A DNA stretch of 64,000 nucleotides from Mobula hypostoma (lineage: Eukaryota), in the NCBI RefSeq assembly GCF_963921235.1, contig NC_086097.1, positions 135,968,001 to 136,032,000 on the forward strand, read 5' to 3'. The position numbers and the translations under genes were made by a program. The notes beneath the pieces are model-generated. The model was not told the origin of the DNA and did not search any database. It saw only the letters and a list, made by a program, of their open reading frames with translations. The first letter of the stretch is position 1. Each line of letters opens with the position of its first letter. This document shows, piece by piece, positions 35,695 through 50,009 of the stretch.

Positions 35695-36070
35695 GACAAG
35701 AGAAGGCAGTTGCTGGAATCTGGAGTATCACACAAGTTGCTGGAGGAACTCAAAGGCTCAGGCTGCATCTATGGAGGAAAATGGACAGCTGACGTTTTGG
35801 GTTGAGACCCTACAACTAAGTTGAAAGAGTAAGGAGATAGTTAGGATAAAAAGTTGGAAGGATGGTGGGGAGGAAAAGCTAGCAGGCAAAGGGAATAATG
35901 CAGGAAATTTTTCACATATTGGCTCTTCAACCCAGTTGCCACTCTCAGAAGTTGGCCTTACTTTGAGCCTATCATCCAGCTCAGAATTCAACAGCAAAGT
36001 CAGCTGCCTGTGTTTCCAGCATTTCACTTTTAATTTCAGGTTTCCAGCATCTGCAGCCTTTCTTGACTTT
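35695..36070. mobile_element. Decayed Penelope-like pLTR remnants in inverted arrangement
   Basis: gcagttgctggaatctggag...ctggaggaactc...gcatctatggagg...gacgttttgggttgagaccc, then tttccagcatctgcag in the opposite sense; similar remnants at 1-52, 895-985, 32750-32890, 43290-43560, 53210-53310 and 54660-55000. Confidence 0.5.
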
Positions 36071-36164
36071 CAGGGTCCTGTCTAAATGCATGTTGACATC
36101 CACTTGTGCATTTGTTCCAAGTTGAGCTAGCTGTCAGAGCTCTCAAAGTGTCTTTGAGACTTAG

Positions 36165-36725
36165 AGTCATGTAGTATGGAAGCAGACCCTTTGCTTAAAT
36201 AGCCCATGCCAACCAATATGTCCATCTATGTTAGTCCCACTTGCCCATGTTTAGCCTATCTTAACCTGTTCAAGTGTCTTTTAAATGTTGTTAATGTATC
36301 TACTCCTAGCACTTTCTTTGACAGCTCGTTCCATATACTGCCTATAGTCTGGGTTAAAAGTTGCCCCTCGGGTACCTATTGCCCCCTCACCTTAAGCACA
36401 TAACCTTTGGTTCTTATTTACCCAACCCTGGGAAGGATACTCTGTGCCTTCATTCTATCAATGCCCCTCCTGATTTTATACACACCTCATTCTCCTATGA
36501 ATAAAGTCCTGGTCCGTTCAATGTCTCCTTAAGATTCACTCTCTTGAGTCCTGACAACATTCTTTTCATTTGTTCTGCGCTCTTTCCAGCTTAACGGCCT
36601 TCTTTCTATAGCAGAGTGACCAAAATTGAACACAATACTCCAAGTATGGTCTTACCAATGTCTTGTACAACTGCAACATAATGTCCCAACTTTTACTCTG
36701 AATGTCCTGACTGTTGAAGGCCAGT
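36165..36725 (-). mobile_element. CR1 3' end, decayed
   Basis: Reverse complement encodes QLYKTLVRPYLEYCVQFWS and a CR1 C-terminus. Confidence 0.75.
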
Positions 36726-37096
36726 GGTTTCAGAGAGAATGTTTGTGAATACCTGAGACTATCATTAATATAGGCCCTCCCATGTTACGCTGTGTTCCAT
36801 TCCTGTGAATTGTGCATTACCCAGTAAGTTGGAAATGGGACCATGAACCAAATTCCCACACACTAGAAAATAGGTGCAGTAGCTGGCAAATATATCCCAC
36901 TGATCTCCTAAACTCACGATCAAATGTATGCGCTCTACATAAGTTGAGTATTCATAATCTGGGGAGATCGTGAATGTTAAAGTATTGAATGTCAAATATA
37001 CAAATAAATAACATATTAAAATTCTTAAAATATTTACCATCCTACCCTAACACCACCTCAAATTCGAAGTTGAGTTTCTTGTCATATACAGAAGTA

Positions 37097-37468
37097 CAGT
37101 ACTGTGCAAAAGTCTTAGGCTAGATTCTTTCAAAAATAATGAAATGGAAGTTTGTAAATATCAAAATATTTGCTATAAAGACCACTAAACAGTAAAAAAT
37201 GAAACCAAATCAATATTTGGTGTGACCTTTAAAACTGCATCAATTCTCTTTGGTAAGCTGTTGTGCAGTTTTATAAGAAAATCCACTGGTTGGTTGTTCC
37301 AAATATCTTGGAGAACTCTCCACAGTTCTTCTTTAGACTTTGGCTGTTCTGCTTGCTTCTGCCTCTTTAGGTAATCCCAGACAGATTCTATGATGTTGAG
37401 ATCAGGGCTCCTTGGAAGCCTGAAACTGTCTAAAAATAAAGGGTGCCTAAGACTTTTGCAACATGCTG
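37097..37468 (-). mobile_element. Internally deleted Tc1/mariner element
   Basis: TA followed by TIR cagtactgtgcaaaagtcttaggc; inverted gcctaagacttttgca at 37445-37460; transposase C-terminus SPDLNIIESVWDYLKR...LPKRIDAVLK. Confidence 0.85.
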
Positions 37469-37702
37469 AACATGTCTGCACAGGTGCCATGAAAAACTTC
37501 CTTTCCACAGCATCACAGGCACATAGTAGTATTTGCAAGTAAAACAAAGAATAAACAAATTTTTACACAATTTTAACAAGAAAGAACACAATTAGAACAA
37601 CAGTAAATTTTATTGCAATGACTAAAGTAGTCATTGTGTTGCGAAAGGGTTGTGCAGGATGGTTCAAAAAGTGAATGACCGAAGGAAATGAGTGTTCATG
37701 AA

Positions 37703-37774
37703 CCTTTGAACCTGATGATGTGGGACTTCTGTAAATCACCTTTGAACCTGATGATGTGGGACTTCTGTAAATCC
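37703..37774. repeat. Tandem duplication, ~36 bp x2
   Basis: cctttgaacctgatgatgtgggacttctgtaaatc occurs twice. Confidence 0.85.
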
Positions 37775-39439
37775 CCATTAAACACAGCCCTACTGTTCAC
37801 CTCAATCGTTCCAGATGGAACAAATTTCATATTCCCTCTGTAGTCCTAGAAGGGAAGTTCCCACTGATTTTTTTATTGGAATTATTGCCAACTTTCTCCT
37901 GTCAGTGTTTTAGCTGTTTCCTCCATTTGAAGATACTGTCTCCAGCTCTACTTTACAGAAACCTTCCACAGTTTCAAACACCTCAGCTCAGTCTGACCTG
38001 GTCTTCAAATGTCCCCTGTCATTGTCCCTCTTACATTTCAACCTATCAAAAATTCAGTGGCAGGTACTTAAGACCCCTGCTCAGCCACACAGACCAGTGA
38101 ATTACAAGCCTTCTTGCATCTTCAAATCTGCTTCACCATTCACTAAGATCATTGTTGGTCTCAATGTTATGTCAAATCTGCATACCCACTCTCCCCACTA
38201 ACCTGTGTAACTCTGCCTTCAAAACCTTCAAGGACTCTGCTTTCATCATCTTTGAGGAAGGCATTTCCAAATGGTCATGACCCTCTGAGCAAAAAGTCTT
38301 GCTCCATCTTGGTCTTAGTTGGGTGAAACTATCAGTGATCCTAAGCTCTAGTTTTTCTCAAGAGGGAACATCACATCTAGGCTGCCAGGGATCTAAGGAT
38401 CTAATGTTTTTTTTCAATATCCTGCTCTTCTAAACTCTGGCAGATACAAAACTAATCAGCCCAAACTATCCTCATTGGATAATGTGCCAATTTTATAGCA
38501 TGTTTCCATTTTTTTGAACAATGGACAATTTCCTATTTTTGGGCGTGACACCGTATTTACCTATTTACAATCTATCATTAGTTACTGTAAAAGGTCAAAT
38601 TTTTAGGATCATAGCTTGCATGCTTTAACGTGCCAAACATGAAATGGCAACAAATATCATGAAGGTAGCAGAATATAGGAGGATGCTTCCCATTGCCTTT
38701 CAATTGATGGAGGCAAAGGCTTTGGCTAGATCAGAGACAGGACATGGTGAGGTTGTGCTGTCCTCTCCATTTCTCTTGGAGTTACTACAGAGTGAAGATC
38801 ATGTCTACACTACTTTCAGGTGGATGGAACCCATACAATGACTTGGCCCAGCTCTTCATCCCTTGAGAGAAGGTGGTTGAGGAGAACTACACAGTTGCAA
38901 GATCCCTGTACCTTATCTAAACCCATCAAAATTCATTACATCCTTCAAAATCTCCCCCTAACTACTTGCTTTAAGAACAACTCCTCTAATTTCCACCAAA
39001 GTGCTTATTCCTGAAAACATTTTGGTACATGTCTTCTCCACATAACTGACCAGCACATCTTAACCCTAATTCAGCAACAGAGCATTGTGGATGGACCACC
39101 TCTAGCACTATTGTGGACTTGTTTTTAATTCTTTTTATTGTGCTAACATCTTGTTTTACAGTTTTTTTCTTTACTGCCTTGTATTATCTGTGAAAGAAGT
39201 GTCTCAGTCTGTGTGCCTATGATGTTGCTGCATTGTACCAGTACTTCATCGCACTTGTGAAAATGACAATAAACTCATTTTTTTAGACTAGTGTCATCAT
39301 GCATGTATTACCTCTCCCAATATCTTCTGCCAAAATGCTTCAACTTGCACCGCTCTGTAATTGTTATTTGTGAGCCTATTCTGCTTGCCTTTAGGCAGCT
39401 TGTTGATTGAATCATCTCTTTCACACTACATGCTGTCAC

Positions 39440-40016
39440 CGGAGAGGCCCTCTTTTGGTCCGAGTCGACTATGGATGCTGCGTCTCAGCTGACTAAGTGA
39501 AATGCAGACCAGGGCAGTACGATACGGACAGCCAGCTGTTGCTCATGTATAGCAGGCTCCCCTCTTCACGCAGCTGATGAATCCAAAGGAATTGCAGAGA
39601 CTGATACAATTTGGCACCAGCAACATGAGAGTTGCCAGTCAGCGTTGAACTCAATGTAAGACTGCCTAAGGGGATCCAGCTCCAGATTTTGCCTCAGGGC
39701 TAACTCCCAAAACCTTTCCCATGAGTGGGTATAGCTGCAAGGCAGTGGAAGTTTGAGATCAGAGTTTTTCTTCTCCTAGATGAGCTGCCAACCATGTCTG
39801 ACGAGCCACATCTGCCCAAAGCGACTGGTCTTAAAGCGCCAGTAACCTGCCTTTGCCCCTTCTCTAGTTGGTAAAAATGGTTCTACCATTGTATGAAGGA
39901 CAAGAACTGGACGTGGTTATCAGAGGCTTTTTGAGACGCACACCATTGGGAGCATTTAATAGGTAGTGGGAGCTTATCCCCACTACCACTCCCAGCTATA
40001 ACAACCTTAAGGAACC
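39440..40016. mobile_element. Non-autonomous interspersed repeat (possibly RTE-derived)
   Basis: GC-richer block with ttctcctagatgagctgccaacc...ctgacgagccacatctgccc, resembling RTE-type 5' regions; tentative. Confidence 0.35.
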
Positions 40017-40089
40017 TTGCATCACTAATTGCTACTATAATTGACAGAGTATGGAAATTTTTTTCTGTGTTCCAATGCCAAGTCATTCT

Positions 40090-42355
40090 GTGTAAATGAA
40101 GCAGCTGTTTCAGTATTGACTCAGCGGGGTACTTATTAGGGAGCTTAAGATAAAGGAGCCAGTGATCATGATATGATTGAATTCATACTGCAACTTGAGA
40201 TGGAGAAACATAAGTCTCACGTATCAGTACCGCAGTGGAATAAAGGGAATTACAGAGGCATGAGAGAGGAGCTTGTCCCAGTGGATTGGAGGAGGATACT
40301 GGTGGGGATGATAACAGAGCACAGGTGGCTGAAGTTTCTGGGAATAGTTCACAAGGCGCGGGATAGATACGTCCCACAGAAAGAGTTCTCAAATGGCGGG
40401 GGTACGTAACCATGGCTGATGAAGGAAGTTATGGGTTGCATAAAAGCCAAGGATAGGGCATATAAGGTAGCAAAAGTAAGTGGGAAGTTGGATGATTGGG
40501 AAGTTTTTTAAATCCAACAAAAGGTAACTGAAAATACATAAGAAGGGAAAAGACAAAATAATATAAAGCAGGATACCAGAAGTCTCTTTTAGTTATATAA
40601 AGAGTAAAAGGGAGGTGAGAGTTGCTATTGGACCACTGGAAAATGATGCTGGTGCAGTAGTAATGGGGGTCAAAGAAATGGCAGATGAACTTAATAAAGT
40701 ACTTTGCTTCAGTCTTTACAGTGGAAGACACTAACAGTGTGCCTGAGGTCCATGAGTGTCAGGGAACAAGAGTGAGTGCTATTGTTATTACAAAGGGAAA
40801 AAATGCTAGGCAAACTGAAAAGTCTTTAAGGTCGATAAGTCACCTGGACCAAATGATCTACATCTCAGAGTTCTGAAAGAGGTTGCTGAAGAGATAGCAG
40901 ATGCAATGGCCATGATCTTTCAAGAATCATTTGATTCTTGTATGGTCCCAGAGGACTGGAAAATTGCAAATGTCACTCCAATCTTTAAGAAGGGAGGAGG
41001 GCAAAAGAATGGAAATTATAGGCCAGTTAGCCTAACCTCAGTGGTTGGGAAGTGTTGGAGTCCATTATTAAGGATGAGGTTTCAGGGTTCTTGGAGACTA
41101 AATGATAAAATAAGTCACCGTCAGCATGGTTTCTGTGAAGGGAAATCTTGCCTGACGTATCTGATAGAGTTCTTTGAGGAAATAGAAAGCAGGGTGGACA
41201 AAGGAGAGGCAGTGGATGACATTTACTTGGATTTTCAGAAGGCATTCGATAAGGTGCCACACACAAGGCTGCTTAACAAGATAAAATCCCATGACATTAC
41301 AGGAAAGATACTAGCATGGATAGAGGAATAGCTGACAGGCAGGACACAGTGAATGGGAATAAAGGGGGCTTTTTCTGGTTGGCTGCTGGTGACTAGTTGT
41401 TTTCCTCAAGGGTCAGTATTGGGACGGCTACTTTACACATTGTTTGTCAATGATTTAGATAATGGAATTGATGGCTTTGTGGCAATGTTTGCAGATGATA
41501 TGAAGATAGGTGGAGGGGTAAGTAGGGAAGCAATGCAATTGCAGAAGGACTTAGACGAATTGGAAGAATGGGCAAAAAAGTGGCAGATGGAATACTGTGT
41601 TCGGAAATGTATGATAATACATTTTGGTAAAAGCAACAAACTATTATCTAAATGGAGATAAAATTCAAACATCAGAGGTGTAAAGGGACATAGGAGTCCT
41701 CATGTAAGACTCCCAGAAGGTTAGTTTACAGGTTGAGTCTATGGTAGAGAAGGCAAATGCAATGTTGCCATTCATTTCAAGGGGAACAGAATATAAAAAC
41801 AAAGAGAAAATGCTGAGCCTTTATAAGACACTAGTCAGGCTTCACTTGGAGTATTGCCAACAGTTTTGGGCCCCATATCTCAGAAGTGATGTGTTGTCAT
41901 TGGATAGGGTCCAGAAGAGGTTCACGACGATGATTCTAAGAATGAAAGAGTTAACATTTGAGGAGTGTTTGGCAGCTTTGGGCCTGTACTCACTGGAATT
42001 TAGAAGAATGCAAGGGTATCTCATTGCAATCTGCTGAACATTGAAAGTACTAGATAAGGTGGATGTGGAGAGGATGTTTCCTATGGTTGCGGTGTCCAGA
42101 ACTAGGGGGTCAGCTTCAAAATTGCAGGGCGGCCCTTGAGAACAGATGTAAGGAGGAATTTTTTTTAGCCAGAGAGTAGTGAATCTGTGGAATGCTCTGC
42201 CACAGGCCGTGGTGGAGGCCAAGACCGTGAGCATATTTGAAGCAAAAGTTGATAGTTTGCTGATTGGTCAGGGCACCAAGGGATATGGTGAGAGGACAAG
42301 TGTGTGAGGCTGAGTGAGATCCGGGATCAACCATGATGTCTTATAGTCTTATGAT
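40090..42355 (+). mobile_element. Decayed CR1 LINE (ORF2 and tail)
   Basis: VPEDWKIANVTPIFKKG..NYRPVSLTSVVGK, DFQKAFDKVPH, PQGSVLG, FADDMK, LYKTLVRLHLEYC; tail tcttatagtcttatg. Confidence 0.92.
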
Positions 42356-42604
42356 CAATTCCCACAACCACTATATGGAGGCTATTGCTGCCTCCATATA
42401 TTCCACAAGCCTTAGCTGTGTTAACTAGTTGTGTGGGATTTGTTTCATACATTTTCTTATAATACATATGTTTTAACCTTTCCAGTTCTTTCACCAATGT
42501 GTCTGATACTTTTTCAAACATTACTCAAACTCTATCTGCCTTTTAGAAATCCCAGTTAGTTTTTAATTCACTATTAATTCATTGCTTTCCAAGTGCTTGT
42601 TGAT

Positions 42605-42985
42605 ATGGAGCAGTCAGTATAATCAAGGACCCCTTCCACACCAGTTATCCTCTTTCCTGCCCTCTCCCTTTGGGCAGCCAATACCAAAGCTGGAGAGCAC
42701 ACATCAAGAAGGCTCAAGTACAGATTCCATCCTGCTGTTATCAGACTCTTGAACAGATTTCTCTTATGCTGAAAAATGAACTCTTGATCTCCCAATGTAC
42801 CTCATTGTGGCCCTTGCATTTTATTTGTCCACCTGCATTTCACTCTCTCTATAACTGTAACATTATATTGTGCATTCTTTTATTGCTTTTTACTAACTTG
42901 ATGTCATGATGTATCAAATTACCTGTCTGGGTGGCACACAAAAAAGATTTTCACTGCATATGTGACAATAGTAAAACTAAAGCCA
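42605..42985 (+). mobile_element. Rex1-like 3' end, decayed
   Basis: SIIKDPFHT..., RF(H)PAVIRLLN and 3' UTR; inverted relative at 44830-45060, further relatives at 46985-47265 and 48370-48670. Confidence 0.6.
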
Positions 42986-43734
42986 TTGACAATTATTGTT
43001 CCTGAAGCTTATTCACTGTGTCAACCTGAGCAGCTGGAGTTTAGTAGAAATGATTTAACATTTTGCCACTTTAAAATCCTGAAGCACTCGCCTGTACCTG
43101 GAGCAAAATGGAAGATTATAACAAATGCTATATCATCTCAACCATCCAGAATAGCTGTCTCCCCAAACCAGGCAGAGCCAACTTTTTGTTAACCCTACTA
43201 ATCAAACATTACCCATTCTGTTTCCTCAACCACCTCCACTTCTGTTGTCCATTTAGTAATTACCAACGCAATGTTTTCGCCAGGTATCCTAGTCTTGGCC
43301 TGCAGTCTAGGCCTTATAGATCCTTCACCATCTTTTCCAGTTTTTTTACTGCTTACAGGCAGATGAAAGTTCTTGTTCCACCCCTACCCTTTGCCTCTTT
43401 ATACTGGCTATCTCCCCTTTATCGTTCAGACAAGATGAAGGGTCTTGACCCAAAATGCCGACTGTCCATTTTCCTCCACAGATGCTGCCTGATCTGCTTA
43501 TTTCCTCCAGGATCTCATTTATTTCTCCAAATTCCAGCATCTGTAGTCTCTTATGTCTCCAAAAAAAATTTGGGGCTAATTTTTATTTTAAAAAATATGC
43601 CATTCTAATAACATTCCTCCACCAGTTTTATTTCCTTTTTGATTCTCCCCAACATATTGCATATAGCCTTACTCCCAAAGTGATGAACTCAGAAGGAATA
43701 AAAAAAAATTAGGGTAAAAGAGTTACGAAGACTT

Positions 43735-44025
43735 AAAGCATGAAAACAGAACCTTCACATCAGGTGGTCCGTCTCAACCAAGATGCCTGTCCGAGCTAGT
43801 CCCATTTGGTTATATCCTTCTAAACCCTTCCTATCCGTGCATCAGTCCAAATGCCTTTTAAAGGTTATTATTATACTTGCCTCAACCACATCCTTTGGCA
43901 GCTCATTCCACATATGTACCATCCTCTGTGTGAAAACGCTTCCCCTCAAGTTTCGATTAAATCTTTGCCCTCTTCACCTTAAACCTATGCCCTCTAGTTC
44001 TCGATTCCCTAACCTTGGGAAAGAA
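43735..44025 (-). mobile_element. CR1 3' end, decayed
   Basis: Reverse complement reads RTRGHRFKV...FTQRMVHMWNELPKDVVEASI. Confidence 0.7.
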
Positions 44026-45061
44026 TATCAAAAAGAGCCTTAGCTAAGCTTCACGTGATTGCTCTTTCTTGACCGATGTGTACGCATATTATATTGGGGT
44101 AGTTATCATGTTGAGAGAGGCACATTTGTTTTTCATTTCCATTATTCATGGGTGGTAAAAATCCTCCAAGTTTGAGTCAGGGTATCAGGTATCGCATGAT
44201 CCTGACAACTCACCATTGAAAAAGAGCATTTAATGTTGACTGAAGACATCTTAAGCTTCCTTTTCAATATTGTGACATGGAGGTATCACATTACCATTTA
44301 CAAAGTGCTTAGATTTAGATGGAGATAGTGGGGGAAACCTGGGATTGATTCAGAACTGAATCAATGATGGTCCTTTTTATTTTCATTACTAAAATCAAAA
44401 TCACTTTGGTTACGTTATAACTTTGACCCTGCTTTATTGCCAGCTTTTTCCTCTGATTACTGTTTATAAGTAAACAATATGAAGAGGTTGCAAAAATTTC
44501 ATCGTGCTAAAAGAAGACAACACCCACCTCTAGTCCATGGTCTCCACCGTTCGTGGGTTTGTGATTCGACAGACTATTCTCTTATCTGTTGTCCACAGGG
44601 TTTGTGTTCAAAGTACCATTCCAAAGATGTTTGCTTAAAGTCTAGATTATCCTATCAAGAAAGGTTTGACTGTTTAGGGGTTTGCATTTCATGGATTTTA
44701 GAAGGATGTGAGGTGACGTTATTCAAATCCTAAGTGGACTTCAAATTGGTGGGGGAACTCATGAACAAGGGGACACAAGGATAAGAAAAGGGATCGATCA
44801 GTTATGTAGATATTTCTTCTCTCAGCATGCAGTTGAAATTGGAAATGAATTATTATTTCACGATACTGAGATACAGTGAGATGCTTTTGTTTGCATGCCA
44901 CCCAGACAGTTATTAATATCAAGGTAGTAAAAAGGAAATATAGAATGCAGAATATAGTGTTACAGTTACAGAGACAGTGAAGTGCAGGCAGACAAACAAA
45001 GTGCAAGGGCCACAATGAGGTGCTTTGGGCTATTAAGGGACTTGGCTGCCGCAAGTGCAGA

Positions 45062-46635
45062 AAAGGCTGTTGGATGTTTCGGGGTTTGATGTTTCAAAAT
45101 GGACAGAAAGGGAGGTAAAATAGATGGGAGAGTGGCTTCGTTAATCAGGGAGAGCTTCACAACTGTAAAAAGGGATGAAGTCATGAACGGATTGTCTGTT
45201 GAGTCAGTGTGGGTGGAGGTCAGAAACAGGAAGGGATGAGTTACTCTTTTGGGAGTATTCTATAGGCCCTCCAATAGTAACAAGGACCCTAAGAAGCAGA
45301 TTTTGGAAAGGTGCAAAAATAACAGGGTTGTTGCCATGGGTGACTTCGACTTCCATAATATTGGCTGGCACCTCCTTGGTGTAAGAGGTTTAGATGGGGC
45401 AGAATTTGCTAGGTATCTCTGGGAAGGATTCAAGTCACAATATATGTACAGTCTGACAAGAGGAGAGATCATATTGGGTCTAATACTAAGTCAGGTGACA
45501 GATCTCTCAGTGAGTGTGCATTTTGGAGACAGATGACAACTCTGACATTTACCATAGCCGTGTACAGGGATAGGAGCAGACAGTGTAGGGAAATATTTAA
45601 TTTGGAGAGGTCAAATTATGATGTTATTATGCAGGAACTTGGGAGCGTAAAATGGGAGCAGATGTTCTCAGGGAAATGTGAAGGTTATTTAAGGAGCATT
45701 TGCATGAAGATTTGGATAGGTGTTCCATTGAGGCAGGGAAAGGATGGCATGGTGAAGGAATCATTGGTTGACAAGAGAGGTGTAACATTTAATCAAAATG
45801 GAGAAGAAAGCCTACCTAAGGTTTAGCAAGCAAGGTAGCCAGGAAGGAGCTTAAAAGGGGACTTTTAGGAGAGCTAGAACTGGACAAGAGAAGACCTTGG
45901 CAAATAGGATTAAGGAAAAGGACAAGATGCTCTGAACATACATTAATAACAAAAGAATGACTAGTGCCAAGGTAGGACCTATCAGGGATAAAACAGGAAA
46001 CACGTGCCTGGAGTCACAAGAGGCAGAGGAGGTCCTTTACTTCAGTATTCACCAGTGAGAGGGACCTTGATGAAAGTGAGGTCGGTGTATTACATTAGGA
46101 TAGATAATGTAATCCATATTACATTAGGATAGATAAATCCCTGGGATCTGACAGAATATACCTCAGGTTACTGTAGTAAGTGAGCGAACAGATTGCCACA
46201 GGAGTAGTATTAGAACATGGGAAGGTGGCAAGGAAGTTAATAGGGATAATCCCAGGAATTATAGACATCAATGGTTGCCGAACTATCAGAGAGGATTCAT
46301 TGGGACAGGACTTATGAGCATTTAGAGAAGCATGGTCTAATTAGGGATAGTCAGCAGGGTGTTGAGGGGGGCAGGTTGTGCCTCACAAGCCTGAATGACT
46401 TTGAGGAATTGACAAAACAAATGGAAGAAGGGGATATCAGAGGTGGGGGAGTATATTAAAAGGTTGGTGCAACATCATGGGCAAAAGGTCTATTCAGTGC
46501 AGTACTGTTCTATGTTCTATCTTCTGGCAAACATCTGGAATTCTCTGCCCCTGGGGGTGGCAAAGACCAGATCATTAAATGAATTTAATGAAGGGATAGA
46601 TAAATACTTGAAAGATCAAGGAATTGAGGGTCATC
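45062..46635 (+). mobile_element. Heavily decayed CR1 ORF2 (EN and RT fragments)
   Basis: GVFYRPSNS, VVAMGDFDF, HLEKHGLIRDSQQG..GRLCLTSL. Confidence 0.75.
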
Positions 46636-49600
46636 TCTTAAAAGGTTGTTACCATGGTTCTATTGTAGGAATTGTTGTCTATGCAAGTGGCTATCATGTT
46701 TCAAGTATTTGTCTGAAACAGTAAAGCACTTTAAAACAAGCATGCAAGCATGTGCAGGAATGCAAGCCTCAGTGGTATTCTTGTTTATGGATCAACCAGC
46801 AGTGTGAGTTGGTGTAGACATTCACCTAGAAGTTCGCCTCTGGATGATGGTACCAAGAGGCACCAGTGGATCTGTCCTGCCGCCAGCTTGCATTGCATTG
46901 AATTCAGTGGAGTGAACTTCTGAGTAAGTCTTCAAAGTCCTAGAAGGGTCATTAGGAACCAATAAGTACGTGCTTGGGTGTATGTACCACCAAGTTCAAG
47001 AATAGTTCCTATCCCACTGTTATAAACTCTTGAATGGACTTCCTGCATGATAAAGATGATCTCCCAGTTTGCCTTATCATAGCCCTGCGCAACTATTTTA
47101 ACAGATATTTTCCCTGTAACTATGAATTATGCATTCTACTATTGTTTGTTTCCTTTTGTATGACTTGATGTATTTACATTTGGAATGATCTGCTTGATAG
47201 CATGTAAACAAAACTTCTTCCTGTACCTCAGTATATATGACAATGATAAACAAGCTATCAATTACCAAGCCCTTAACACTGCAATTAGCACAGGAATCAA
47301 TCTCCCTGCAATTTTCCCTTCACCATTAAATGGGAGGAAATTTAGAATATTGAGGATCCCTTGATTATTCAGTGGGGACACACACTGACAGGGGATTCAT
47401 CTAAATGACGAACGTTCAATTTCAGTCGTGATTCCAGCTGTTGATGGCCTGGCTCACTCTGGGGGCTGCTCTTATCAGTTCTCTGAAGTGTATGGGACAC
47501 TGTGGGATGTCCATTCTCTGGCAGCATTAGATTGTTTGTGCTGCCCTAGGCACTCTAGTTTGGAGGAGAAACACTTGATCTGGGTTCTTGGCCGTTTTGC
47601 GAATGAATAAAATAAACATCAAGACGTTAAATCAAATTAATGTAACTCTCCTCTGTAGAAGAGTTCTATGTTGAAAAGATTTGGTTAAGCTGTTGGTTTA
47701 AAATCATGATTATAGATTTTTTTTCTAAATGTGATATATATTGAGGAACATGGGAAACCCCATCTGTAATTCAGAATCCTTATTAAGAAGCATTAGCATT
47801 GGATCCCGACCCATTTTGAGTTATTTACCACAAAAGTAGCTGATGTCTAGGAAATTCCTGAGGAAGTCGATCAATTTGTTCGTTAATGTTCCACCTTTCA
47901 CCCCAGCATCAGTGTGTCGCCAGTGGTATCAGTGAAAGTAGCAGGGTTTCAAAGCCCCAGTGGCCCAGTTACTAAGGAAAGCTGCTTCCCGTTCTCAGGC
48001 CCTTCGAAGAAGTGAGGTCAACCTTCTGAAGGGGGTCACCCTTTGACTGACACTAGCAGCCCATCTGATAACAGAGAACTGATAACATTTCATTAGTGGC
48101 AATATTTACGCTGTTGTGCTTCAAAGCAAATCTTCACATCTCTGTTTAGCTTTAAACTGGAAATTCACACGTGAAGACCTGTGATTTATTGTGATTTTTG
48201 TGGATCTTGATTACAAGTACACTCTGAAAAACTGTGAAATTGGTTCCATTTACCCAGGACTACCACACAAAATGTTTATTTCACCTGTTGTTAAATAGAA
48301 CAGTAAAGGAACTTTTAAAAAAATTGTCCTGCTAAAATCGGCCACTTTAAACATCCTCTCCAAGACAAAACCCTCTCCAACAGCATGCAGGACATTCTCT
48401 TTTCTCATAACCACCATCAGAGAGGAGGCACAGGAGCTGGGAGATACCCACTCAACATTTTAGCAACACTTTCCTGTATGCTGTTAGATTTCTGAATGGA
48501 CAATGAATCCATGAATGCAATCTTACTATTTTTTGCATGGCAATTTATTGCTTATTGCAACTTATAGTATATTTTATGAATTGTACTGTACTGCTGCAAC
48601 AAAGCAACAAACTTCATGACATATTTCATGCCAGTGATGATAAACTTAATTCTGACCCTGTTTCTGATTCTGTAGGGCTGAAGTGGTTCATGAATGTCGC
48701 TCAGCACCGCTCTCTCAACGGATGATTAATGTCAAGAAAATAATGCCCACTTCCTATAAATGAGCCAGCAAAGTGTAAAGAATTACTTGGAAATTACAAA
48801 ATTTTGAATGCTAGGCAGTGCTTAGACCATTTGTTTGGAATTTTGCCAGACAATAATTAAGTCCAGAAGTGTGGGGAATGGAATTCACTGATATACTGTA
48901 ATTGCAGACATCACTTAGTAACTGAGCAATACAAATGGTAAATGTTTCTTCTGTCTGAATCCACCCAGCCTGGTGACCAGGAAGCCTCCACCCTTTGTCC
49001 CCTGTCTTAAACATAACGAATATGAAACTGCTAAATGAATGGGAGTCAAGTACTTGGAAAAACCCTTCAGTTTTATTTACATTTGATTGGATTTTGCAAT
49101 CAGCGGTGTGGAATGGCCTGCAGTAATATTTATATTCTGGTTTACTGCTTAATGTTTTTAATAACTTTTGGAGCATCAAGTTATGGGAGTGGATTCATTT
49201 TGGGAGAACTGATGCCTTTTGTGAACAGCCTAGGTGGCAGTGCGACTCATCAATAAATCAGTACAAAGAATTTGAAGTAAGTCAAAGTCAAAGTCGAGTC
49301 CATTGACATATGCATAAGCAGATAAATGCAGAGGTGCAACGAAAAACTCACTTCCAGCAGTATCACAGACACAGAGCTTTAGATAAGAAGCACTCACAAG
49401 AAAAACATAAACTGAACAAACATTATGCACAAATTTTACAAGAACACGATTTAAACAAAAAAAAAATCACAGCTCATTTTACAGCAAAGTGGTGATAGTG
49501 TTGCTAAACCCTGGTGATTAGCAGTGTGCAGTTGGTTCAAGAGCCAATGGGTGAAGAGAAGTAGCTGTTCTTGAATGTGGTGCTGCTTGACTTCAGGTCT

Positions 49601-50009
49601 GTACATTCTGCCTGATGATAGCTACGATAAGGTGATGGTAGGGATCTTTAATTATGGATGCTGCTTTCCTGAGGTAGCTCCTCCTGTAAATATGACCAGG
49701 ATATATTGTATAAATGTGCCCATGATCTATAGCAGGGGTCCCCAACCATTTTTACACCGCGGACCGGTTTAATATTGACAATATTCTTGCGGACCGGCCG
49801 ACGGGGGACGGGAAGGGTGTTCAAGTAGGGTCTCACTCCCAAATAAGGGACAAAAGTAGCAGTCAAATACGGCAACACACATCAAAGTTGCTGGTGAACG
49901 CAGCAGGCCAGGCAGCATCTCTAGGAAGAGATACAGGTGACGTTTCGGGCCGAGACCCTTTGTCAGGACTAACTGAAGGAAGAGCTGGTAAGAGATATCT
50001 CTTACTATC

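Noticed and set aside
39570..39600. CTGATGA-hairpin resembling a hammerhead core
   Set aside because: No GAAA after the stem and no stem I/III pairing
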